A stretch of 64,000 bases of DNA, from positions 18,830 to 82,829 of the forward strand of contig CAWCPO010000013.1 in NCBI GenBank assembly GCA_963797345.1, given 5' to 3'. Positions within the stretch are counted from its first letter, which is position 1, and every line of letters starts with the position of its first letter. This document shows positions 22,164 to 31,420 of this stretch, one piece after another. The notes below the pieces were generated by a model. It saw nothing but the letters and a program-made list of their open reading frames with translations, made no database searches and was not told where the DNA came from. The position numbers and the translations under genes are program-made. Source of the DNA: an uncultured Acidobacteriota bacterium (GTDB taxonomy: Bacteria; Acidobacteriota; Terriglobia; Acidiferrales; UBA7541).

Positions 22164-22877
22164 TTCGGCGCCGCGGAGATTTTGACGATTACTTGCGCGA
22201 CCAGTGCTTCGATTCCGGGGCAGGGTAGAGGCTCGCCTCGAATGGCCCTTCGCGCAATTCTGAGTATCGGTTGAAAGGCAGCGGCCAGTCGTTGGGTGCC
22301 GCCCTAATGTGGCGAGGCTGGCCGCTGTCCTAAGCGAAGGGAGATGCTCAGTTGGAGTAACCGGCACTCGATGAAGGCCAAAATCGAGCTTCTATAGGTA
22401 CATCGCCTTCATCGTGGCACTCCGTCAAGAGCCTCAGTCCCTTCATTAAGCGTACTCTCCTTCTTTGCGTGTCCGGACGCAGTATCGCGGGTCACGCCTC
22501 AATGTGATAGCCATCACGAAGTGCCAAGGACGCGAAGGATGCTGAACTACACGCCCTCCCCGCAGCGCGCGATGCAATCATCACGGAAACCTACACCGCT
22601 GTTTTCATTCAGGAATTCTGCGATGGTAGCCTAAACGCTCATTTTCAGGGGTTCTCCGTGCCAGCCAGGGCAGTCCTGAATCGGAGTGAGGTGGACCAGC
22701 CGGGCGAATGGCTAAAAGCGGGCAGGCGCTATAATTTGGCCGCTTGCTCGTATAACTATTCCGGCCTAGACCTACGTCCATTTACACCTCGCCGGTTTGG
22801 GCCGGCGCACAAGGAGACAACATTATGAGCGGCGAGACCAGCCCGAAGGTAAGAAGGGGTTCTTGGACCGGCGCGGG

Positions 22878-22921
22878 CTTATGAAAACCTTATCGTCTCC
22901 TTATGACTTCCTTATGACCGG
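22878..22921 (+). promoter_or_regulatory. four CTTATSR direct repeats phased at exactly 11 bp (operator-like array 1)
   Basis: Units start at 22878, 22889, 22900 and 22911 (cttatgaaaac/cttatcgtctc/cttatgacttc/cttatgaccg). The array ends 72 nt upstream of the ATG at 22994. Confidence 0.5.
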
Positions 22922-22993
22922 CGGATTAGAGTTTTTCTAGAGTTGGTGAAAGGGCGCCCGCAATCGATAGCCGCGCCGGGGAGGAGAGCACAC

Positions 22994-23191
22994 ATGGTGG
23001 CATTGATATTCAGCATCCTCGGTTTCCTGGCATGCGTATTTTTGATTTACGTGCTTGCGCAATTTCATCGAGAGCTCGCTCAGGCCAGAGGCTCGCGCCG
23101 TCTCCATACACCTCGAGCTGTGACTGTAATGATGATGCCGCTAAGGCTTCCCGCCGATATCACACGCGTATGGGACAAGCGGGCGTCCTGA
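22994..23191 (+). CDS. small single-TM hypothetical protein (65 aa)
   Basis: GGAGGAGAG RBS 5 nt before the ATG. MVALIFSILGFLACVFLIYVLAQF TM helix. Coding status unproven. Confidence 0.3.
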   Translation: MVALIFSILGFLACVFLIYVLAQFHRELAQARGSRRLHTPRAVTVMMMPLRLPADITRVWDKRAS

Positions 23192-23233
23192 CGCTCGATT
23201 TGCGCCTACAAGCCTATCTTATAAATGGCGTGG

Positions 23234-23292
23234 CTTCAGGGGCTAAAGCCCTTCTGTTTGTGCGTGACTTACGGCGGGGTTGAAACCCCGCC
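23234..23292. repeat. second copy of the bipartite REP-like element (CTTCAGGGGCTAAAGCCC plus GGCGGGGT-TGAA-ACCCCGCC hairpin)
   Basis: Same box-to-hairpin spacing (about 21-22 nt) and the same TGAA loop as 6851-6908. Confidence 0.5.
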
Positions 23293-23516
23293 CTTCCGCC
23301 GGCAAACTGGGTCACCACTACTAATCTGGCTTTGTTGACATCCTCGTTTTTCGCAAGGCTCTCGGTGACGGAGCGGCGGGGGAGGGGGAAAACAGATCCC
23401 TCTCTCCGTCCCTCGCCCCTCAAAAGGCGACGGGAAAACAAAGACGGGGGACTACGTTCGGGATGACAGAGCGATGAGGTGTAGAGAAGAGTCGCGACGC
23501 ACAAACCGGGAAAGGA

Positions 23517-23555
23517 CTCAGGTGCTCCCGGCAGAGGGCGCCGGGAGCACCTGAG
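23517..23555. other. perfect 16-bp stem / 7-nt loop hairpin
   Basis: CTCAGGTGCTCCCGGC-agagggc-GCCGGGAGCACCTGAG. No U-tract on either strand. Confidence 0.6.
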
Positions 23556-23648
23556 CTATATTGTCAAAACCACCGGGACGCAAAAGGCACGAAAGCTCCG
23601 ACCCCCTAAAAAGCAATAAGTTGGAACGGCACTAGACACTCCGCTGCA

Positions 23649-23681
23649 CTTATGAAATCTTTATGACTCCTTTATCTCGTC
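23649..23681 (+). promoter_or_regulatory. three YTTATSW direct repeats phased at 11 bp (operator-like array 2, upstream of the kdp operon)
   Basis: Units start at 23649, 23660 and 23671 (cttatgaaatc/tttatgactcc/tttatctcgtc). The array ends about 90 nt upstream of the first kdp-operon ORF. Confidence 0.5.
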
Positions 23682-23772
23682 CTGATACTGGGATGGTAAC
23701 TTGCGCCATCCATTCGGGCGTCCGGGGGCGAGCGGGACGGCCGGAAGCGAGAGTCGCGAGCGGGAGACGCGG

Positions 23773-23859
23773 ATGCTAGACATACTATTTGTGGCCTTAA
23801 CGATCGGCTTTTTCGTGGTTTCGTTGTTGTACGTTTGGGCGTGTGAAAAGCTGAAGTAG
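23773..23859 (+). CDS. 28-aa hydrophobic peptide preceding kdpF
   Basis: GGGAGA RBS then ATG. MLDILFVALTIGFFVVSLLYVWACEKLK forms a single TM. Stop lies 14 nt before kdpF. Confidence 0.45.
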   Translation: MLDILFVALTIGFFVVSLLYVWACEKLK

Positions 23860-23873
23860 AGGGGGATAAATTC

Positions 23874-23960
23874 ATGACCGGGAACATCATCCTGCTGGGA
23901 ATTTGCACTCTAACCCTTGTGTATCTGCTGGCTGCGCTGCTGTGGCCTGAAAGGTTCTGA
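23874..23960 (+). CDS. kdpF: K+-transporting ATPase subunit F
   Basis: 28 aa, MTGNIILLGICTLTLVYLLAALLWPERF. The YLxxALLxPE(R/K)F ending is the KdpF signature. Stop lies 3 nt before kdpA. Confidence 0.75.
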   Translation: MTGNIILLGICTLTLVYLLAALLWPERF

Positions 23961-23963
23961 GCG

Positions 23964-25736
23964 ATGACGTTAAACGGCTGGCTGCAAATCGCGGCCTTCT
24001 TCGTGGTTCTTTTCGTGCTGACCAAGCCGGTTGGCGTGTTCATGGCGCGCGTGTTCGAGGGCGAGAAGACCTTTCTCGATCCGCTTCTGCGGCCGATCGA
24101 GCGGCTAATCTACCGGCTGACGGGAGTGGAGGAACAGCGCGAGATGGACTGGAAGGAATACACGGTGGCGATGCTGCTCTTCAGCGCTGTGAGCATGATC
24201 GTGCTCTACGTGATCGAGCGAACGCAGCAATGGCTGCCATGGAACCCGCAGCATTTTCCCGCCGTGCCGCCTGCTCTGGCGCTCAACACGGCCGCCTCGT
24301 TCACGACGAACACGAACTGGCAGAACTACGGCGGCGAATCCACGATGAGCTATTTCACGCAGATGGCGGGGCTGGCGTACCACAACTTCGCTTCCGCCGG
24401 CGTGGGCATCGCGCTGGCGATCGCCGTGATCCGGGGGATCGCGCGGCGCGAATCGAAGACCATCGGCAACTTCTGGGTGGATTTCACGCGGTGCATGTTG
24501 TGGGTGCTGCTCCCCGCTTGCCTGGTGATCGCGCTGGTGTTCGTGTCGCAAGGGATGATCCAGAATTTGCGGCCCTATGACACGGCGAAACTTTTGAATC
24601 CGCAAACGGTGCAGATTACGGGCGCGGACGGCAAAACGACCACGCAGACCATTACCGATCAGGTGATCGCGCAAGGGCCGTTTGCCTCTCAGGAAGCGAT
24701 CAAAATTTTGGGGACGAATGGCGGCGGCCCGTTCAACGCCAATAGCTCGCATCCCTTCGAGAATCCGACTCCGCTGACCGATTTCATGCAGATTGTGATG
24801 ATGCTCACGCTCGGGTCGGCGCTTACATACACGCTGGGGCGAATGACGCGGTCGCAGCGGCACGGCTGGGCGGTGTGGGCGGCCATGGCGCTTTTGTGCC
24901 TTGCGGGCGTGACTGTGGCCTATTCGATGGAATCTCGCGGCAATCCGCTCTTCCACGGAGTTGACCAGCGCGCCACATCCATGCAGGCGGGCGGAAACAT
25001 GGAGGGCAAGGAAGTGCGGTTCGGAATTGCGGCCACGGCAAACTTTGCGACGACGACCACGGATGCGAGTTGCGGCGCGGTCAACGGCATGCACGATTCC
25101 TTCACGCCGCTCGGCGGGATGGTGCCGCTCGTGAACATCATGATCGGCGAGGTGATCTTCGGCGGGGTGGGCGCGGGGCTCTATGGAATCGTCGTTTTCA
25201 TAATCCTATCGGTGTTCATCGCGGGCCTGATGGTGGGCCGGACGCCTGAGTATCTGGGCAAAAAGATCGAAGCCTACGATGTGAAGATGGCGATGCTCAC
25301 GGTGCTGATTTTCTGCCTGATTGTTCTGGGTTTCACGGCGGTTGCGATCGTGTCGCCGTTCGGCACGTCGTCCATTTCGAATCCCGGCCCGCACGGCCTC
25401 TCGCAAGTTCTTTACGCCTACACGTCCATGGCCGGCAACAACGGCTCGGCCTTCGCGGGGCTGAACGGGAATACGCCGTGGTTCAACGTCAGCGGAGCTT
25501 TCGACATGTTGCTAGGGCGGTTCTTCATGATCATTCCGCCGCTGGCCATCGCGGGCAACCTGGCGCGGAAGAAGATCGTTCCGGAATCGGCCGGGACGTT
25601 TCCGGTGACGACGCCGCTTTTCACGTTCCTCTTGATCTCGGTGATTTTGATTGTCAGCGCGCTTACATTTTTCCCGGCGCTCAGCCTGGGTCCGATTCTC
25701 GAGCACCTGCTGATGCACGCCGGAAAGGTTTTCTGA
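23964..25736 (+). CDS. kdpA: K+-transporting ATPase subunit A
   Basis: 590 aa polytopic protein. N-terminus [34 protein letters not shown], and [12 protein letters not shown] and [19 protein letters not shown] selectivity-filter blocks. Confidence 0.97.
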   Translation: MTLNGWLQIAAFFVVLFVLTKPVGVFMARVFEGEKTFLDPLLRPIERLIYRLTGVEEQREMDWKEYTVAMLLFSAVSMIVLYVIERTQQWLPWNPQHFPAVPPALALNTAASFTTNTNWQNYGGESTMSYFTQMAGLAYHNFASAGVGIALAIAVIRGIARRESKTIGNFWVDFTRCMLWVLLPACLVIALVFVSQGMIQNLRPYDTAKLLNPQTVQITGADGKTTTQTITDQVIAQGPFASQEAIKILGTNGGGPFNANSSHPFENPTPLTDFMQIVMMLTLGSALTYTLGRMTRSQRHGWAVWAAMALLCLAGVTVAYSMESRGNPLFHGVDQRATSMQAGGNMEGKEVRFGIAATANFATTTTDASCGAVNGMHDSFTPLGGMVPLVNIMIGEVIFGGVGAGLYGIVVFIILSVFIAGLMVGRTPEYLGKKIEAYDVKMAMLTVLIFCLIVLGFTAVAIVSPFGTSSISNPGPHGLSQVLYAYTSMAGNNGSAFAGLNGNTPWFNVSGAFDMLLGRFFMIIPPLAIAGNLARKKIVPESAGTFPVTTPLFTFLLISVILIVSALTFFPALSLGPILEHLLMHAGKVF

Positions 25737-25740
25737 GGCC

Positions 25741-27788
<2,048 letters not shown>

Positions 27789-27829
27789 GTTGGGCGCGGG
27801 GGATCAAAAACGAATGCAAGGGACACGAT

Positions 27830-28063
27830 ATGACGGCTCTCAATCTGTTCGGGTTGTTCGCAGTCTCCGCTATGGTGGCGTGTTATTCGCTGGAGAGCCG
27901 CCATTCCATCTTTCTTCTGGCATTCGCGGGATCCTGCGTGCTGGCATCCGTGTACGGATTTTTGCAGGGAGCGTGGCCCTTCGGCTTGCTCGAAGGAGTT
28001 TGGTCCATTGTTGCAATCCGGCGCTGGCGGATTGCCAAGCGAGATAGCACGAGGCATAAATGA
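27830..28063 (+). CDS. 77-aa three-TM membrane protein inserted between kdpB and kdpC
   Basis: AAGGGA RBS then ATG at 27830. Its stop overlaps the kdpC start (ATGA at 28060-28063). Hydrophobic MTALNLFGLFAVSAMVACYSL... sequence. Confidence 0.6.
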   Translation: MTALNLFGLFAVSAMVACYSLESRHSIFLLAFAGSCVLASVYGFLQGAWPFGLLEGVWSIVAIRRWRIAKRDSTRHK

Positions 28064-28635
28064 AGAAAAATCTTCTCGTTGCGGTTTTGTACACACTGGT
28101 GACTACGGTGCTATTCGGAATCATCTACCCGCTGATGGTTACCGGGCTGGCGCAGGTGATGTTTCCGCGGCAGGCAAATGGAGAGCTGATTCGCTCGGGC
28201 GATAAGCTGATTGGCTCGCGTCTGATGGGGCAGCCGTTCACGGCGCCCGGATACTTTTGGTCGAGGCCATCGGCGGCGGGCACGGCGGGATACGATCCGA
28301 CGGCTTCCGGAGGATCAAATCTGGGGCCTACAAACAAAGCGCTGATTGATCGCGTGGCCGCGAGCGTCCAGGCATTGCAGCCGACAAATCCGGGCGCGCC
28401 GATTCCTGCGGACCTGGTGACAACGTCCGGCTCGGGGCTCGATCCGGACATTTCGCCCGCCTCGGCTGAATTTCAGGTGCCGCGCGTGGCGCGGGAACGC
28501 GGGATGAGCGAGCAGGACGTGCGCGCGATGGTGGAAGCGCACACGAAAGGGCGCCAGCTTGGGTTTCTCGGCGAGCCGCGCGTGAACGTGCTGGAGCTGA
28601 ATATCGCGCTCGACGAGGCGCATCCACTTCGGTAA
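28060..28635 (+). CDS. kdpC: K+-transporting ATPase subunit C
   Basis: 191 aa. N-terminal TM plus IYPLMVTGLAQVMFPRQANG, SGSGLDPDISP and QVPRVA motifs of KdpC. Confidence 0.95.
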   Translation: MKKNLLVAVLYTLVTTVLFGIIYPLMVTGLAQVMFPRQANGELIRSGDKLIGSRLMGQPFTAPGYFWSRPSAAGTAGYDPTASGGSNLGPTNKALIDRVAASVQALQPTNPGAPIPADLVTTSGSGLDPDISPASAEFQVPRVARERGMSEQDVRAMVEAHTKGRQLGFLGEPRVNVLELNIALDEAHPLR

Positions 28636-28649
28636 GCTGGCTCGCGCCT

Positions 28650-28793
28650 TCATTTATCAGAGCGATTGGTGCGGGCCTTCTCCGCGGGAGGTTCAAACCG
28701 ATATCCGACCCAGGGTTCGGTGCGGATATAGCGCGGTATCTTACGGCTTTGAATCTGTCTCCGCGCCTGGCCGACTTGGCCAGCCCTCCAACA
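28650..28793 (-). pseudogene. 3' remnant (about 47 codons) of an OmpR/PhoB-family response regulator (winged-helix C-terminus)
   Basis: Minus-strand frame reads ...VGQARRQIQSRKIPRYIRTEPWVGYRFEPPAEKARTNRSDK*. The PRYIRTEPxVGYRF block is the classic wing. The frame is closed by a TGA at 28794-28796, with no N-terminal receiver domain. Confidence 0.5.
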
Positions 28794-28807
28794 TCAGACC
28801 CGGGCCC

Positions 28808-29104
28808 TCCACTGTGCCGGCGAAACTTCTGCAGCGCCAATTGCGACCTACGTGCAAGGAACTCGGTTTGCCACGAATTACGTGGCATGCCTTGCGCCAC
28901 TGCCACGCGACGTTGCTGGACGTTGTAGGAGCACCGCTGGGCACCGTGCAGGCGCTTTTAGGCCACGCATCGCCGGAAGTTACACGGCAAATTTATCTGC
29001 ACGCGATTCCGGAGGAACAGCGCAGAGCGGTTGAAAAGGTCGAGAAGCTCCTTATTGGACCCAAATGGACCCAAGTTTCGGGAGCCGAGCAAAGGCCGAA
29101 TTAG
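28808..29104 (+). pseudogene. 3' fragment of a tyrosine integrase, identical to the 3' end of the gene at 58281..59449
   Basis: Encodes ...ITWHALRHCHATLL...LLGHASPEVTRQIYLH (HxxR and catalytic Tyr) but lacks the N-terminal 290 or so codons. Part of a 368-bp exact repeat. Confidence 0.9.
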
Positions 29105-29175
29105 CAAGTGATTGAAATGCAGGGAGATGTTGGTGGACGTGGCCGGGATCGAACCGGCGACCCCCTGCTTGCAAA
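28808..29175. repeat. 368-bp direct repeat, copy 1 (integrase 3' end plus tRNA-Ala half)
   Basis: Base-for-base identical on visual alignment to 59153..59520 (offset 30,345). Confidence 0.9.
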
Positions 29176-29289
29176 CAAGGTGGGGATAAACCACTAAATG
29201 CTTTGTCTGGTGTCGCTTACACGGAAAATCAACGAGATTCTCGCTCTCTCAAACGTCCCGAAGTTGTCCCGAACATTCCCGTATTAGAT
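29131..29289 (-). repeat. att core (a) plus right arm. The core 29131-29175 is the 3' half of tRNA-Ala(TGC), anticodon loop to CCA.
   Basis: Minus strand reads TTTGCAA-GCAGG-GGGTC-GCCGG-TTCGATC-CCGGC-CACGTCC-A-CCA (U70 fits the Ala G3:U70 identity). The 5' side cannot form the anticodon or acceptor stems. The 159 bp are 97.5% identical to 31519-31677. Confidence 0.8.
29255..29273 (+). promoter_or_regulatory. tandem GTCCCGAA-gtt-GTCCCGAA (candidate arm-type recombinase site)
   Basis: Lies 80 nt from core (a). The same motif is at 31643-31661 and a variant (GTTCCCAA-gtt-GTTCCCGAA) at 59607-59626, 87 nt from core (c). Confidence 0.4.
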
Positions 29290-29604
29290 CTTCCGCGTTG
29301 CTGAGTTTCACCCGGCAGCATTACCCGCATGCCAGTTCTTCAGTTTCCCGATCGTTTCCGTGTTGCATATTCGTCCGCAACTTCTTCGATCACTTCCTGG
29401 AACCCCGTTTCCGGGACCACCCTTCCAGAATACTGGGATGGCTTCACACCGATGAACTGCAACATTCAATTTGCTTCACCATTCTCCTCCATCGATTGGC
29501 TTTGCTTGGTAAGTCTGAGCTAGCTGAAGAACCTGATTTTCTCGATCTCATCATGTAAGATCGAAAAAGCCTGCTAGAACTCTCGGGTTATCGAACCCGT
29601 CTCT

Positions 29605-30249
29605 ATGGACACTCCGCTCGAAAAGAGCAACAATCCGTGCACGATAGACTACGAATCTCTACTCAAGGAAGTGAGGGCGGATTCTTACGAGGCCGCAGTT
29701 TCATTCCTTATGGAGAACCTCCCCTTCGTTTGGCGCGACTCCTACCTCGAAATGATGCCAAGAGATACCAAGATTTTTAGATTTCAGTATGGAACATTCG
29801 AGTACATCTACGACGACTATGCCTCATTGGAAGCAACCGGAGCCGTGCCTTACGATCCCATAATCGAAGCAAGACTCGTCGGCGTTTCCGGGTGTTCGAC
29901 CCCCAAAGAAACTAAACGGGACGATTTTCGCCTCAGGGGATGGGTCGGTCCGACAGAAAAAGCCTTTGGCAGGGCCTGGGACAAAGGTCATTTCATGGCG
30001 CATTCGATTGGCGGGGCGGCTGACCAACTTGAAGTAAACGTCTTTGTCCAACGCCGCGACTTAAATCGCGGCTGGTCAGAAGCGGGTCGGCGGTATCGAG
30101 AAATGGAGAAGTACTGCAAATACCATCCGGGGACCTTCTGCTTCAGCCGCCCCTTGTATCTCGATCAAACAGCCAAGCCCGCATTCCTGGAATTTGGGAT
30201 TCTCAAGAATGTCCACGAGCTATCGGTCGAGTGCTTCGATAATCGATAG
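29605..30249 (+). CDS. DNA/RNA non-specific endonuclease (Endonuclease_NS_2-like) with an unknown 120-aa N-terminal domain
   Basis: WDKGHFMAHSIGGAADQLEVNVFVQRRDLNRGWSEAGRRYREMEKY...RPLYLDQTAKPAFLEFGI matches the D-x-GH-x-A-x-x-GG ... N ... Q ... N-R-G ... E pattern of this nuclease family. No signal peptide or delivery domain. Confidence 0.7.
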   Translation: MDTPLEKSNNPCTIDYESLLKEVRADSYEAAVSFLMENLPFVWRDSYLEMMPRDTKIFRFQYGTFEYIYDDYASLEATGAVPYDPIIEARLVGVSGCSTPKETKRDDFRLRGWVGPTEKAFGRAWDKGHFMAHSIGGAADQLEVNVFVQRRDLNRGWSEAGRRYREMEKYCKYHPGTFCFSRPLYLDQTAKPAFLEFGILKNVHELSVECFDNR

Positions 30250-30289
30250 TTGGGACACCTTCTCTGGGCACGAAGACCTAGGAGGCGCG

Positions 30290-31060
30290 TTGAGTGTAAG
30301 GGTCTATGTAGGCGGACTTCCATATTTAACTACCTCGGACGAGCTGCGGGATGCCGCCCGACAGATTAGGCCCGAGGCCACCGCAGAGATAGTCGTTGAC
30401 AAAATGACTGGCAGATCAAGAGCCTTCGGCTTTTGGACAGTGGCAGACGTATCGGCCGCAGAAGAGCTAATCGAAGCTTATAACGGCAAGGATCTTGGCG
30501 GTCGACGCTTGACGGTCGGTCACGCGAAACCATTTGAACCTCGACATCCCTTAAGGGCAGCTCTCCTAGAACCCTTGGCCGAACTCTCGGTAGAGTCTCC
30601 CATAGTTCGGGTCAGTGAGCAGGTGTGCGAAGATCTGATCGAGTTCTTCGCACGGCATCCCGACGAGATGAGGCTAATGCCACCCCGCCGATTTGAAGAG
30701 CTGATTGCGGACCTGTGGCAGAGGTTCGGCTATGAGGTCGAGCTTACGAAACAAACCCGCGACGGTGGAACGGATGTAATCGCCATCAAAAACTCAGAAG
30801 TCCATACCCGCTTCCTTATACAGTGCAAACGGCTGGCTCCGGGAAAGAAGGTCTCGGTCCAGCCAGTCAGGGAGCTCTTGGGTGTTAAGCAGGACATGGG
30901 TGGATCGAAGGCGGTGTTGGCCACAACTGTCTACTTCACACGTGACGCCCAGATGTTTATAGATCAGCATTGCTGGGAATTAGAAGGAAGAGACTACGAT
31001 GGCGTAGTTGCTTGGCTCCGGCAGGCGACCCAACCACAAAGTCAGACTGGCCTCAAGTAG
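30290..31060 (+). CDS. RRM (RNA recognition motif) fused to an Mrr_cat PD-(D/E)xK restriction-endonuclease domain
   Basis: TTG start 5 nt after AGGAGG. RNP2 VYVGGL and RNP1 RAFGFWTV. C-terminal half RRFEELIADLWQRFGYEVELTKQTRDGGTDVIAI...FLIQCKR is the Mrr_cat pattern. Confidence 0.7.
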   Translation: MSVRVYVGGLPYLTTSDELRDAARQIRPEATAEIVVDKMTGRSRAFGFWTVADVSAAEELIEAYNGKDLGGRRLTVGHAKPFEPRHPLRAALLEPLAELSVESPIVRVSEQVCEDLIEFFARHPDEMRLMPPRRFEELIADLWQRFGYEVELTKQTRDGGTDVIAIKNSEVHTRFLIQCKRLAPGKKVSVQPVRELLGVKQDMGGSKAVLATTVYFTRDAQMFIDQHCWELEGRDYDGVVAWLRQATQPQSQTGLK

Positions 31061-31420
31061 CTCGTCCTCTTGTTCTGCCTAGTGCGCATGATCGGTTTCT
31101 GGCTGTGAGTTCCGCGAAATCTGGCCCGAAGTCTGCTTGTGGGAACTTTGAATTCTGCCGAGAGCTCGCAGTCCATTGCGCGTCAATGACGGGCAATCCA
31201 TGCGTAGCAAGGCGCTACTGCTTTCTCGACGTGGCAAACCGACGCCTGAAATGCTCATGACCTCGATCCGGCCAACTCCGCCGAAAGTGGCTCCCTTTCT
31301 CGCCGTCCCTAGCATGTTGACGCTGATTCTTGCCTCTGTTGTACCGATTGTCCCGAGTTTGCACCAAAAAAATGCCGAGGAAAAAGCAGCTTACATCTAA
31401 ATAAGAGCAGGAGTTGAGTT

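Noticed and set aside
23560-23772. A c-di-AMP (ydaO/kimA-type) or other riboswitch in the kdp leader
   Set aside because: I could not recognise the conserved pseudo-two-fold ACGR/CCC motifs by eye, and it needs a covariance-model scan. No claim made.
28958-29194. Minus-strand ORFs 28958..29194 and 31397..31582 (MVYPHLVCKQGVAGSIPATSTN...)
   Set aside because: They are read-through translations of the tRNA-Ala half (T-arm gives GVAGSIPAT), duplicated only because the att core is duplicated. They are not genes.
31176-31400. 74-aa ORF as a third gene of the E_a module
   Set aside because: It has no RBS and low-complexity Pro/Ser-rich sequence with one weak hydrophobic stretch. Evidence is insufficient.
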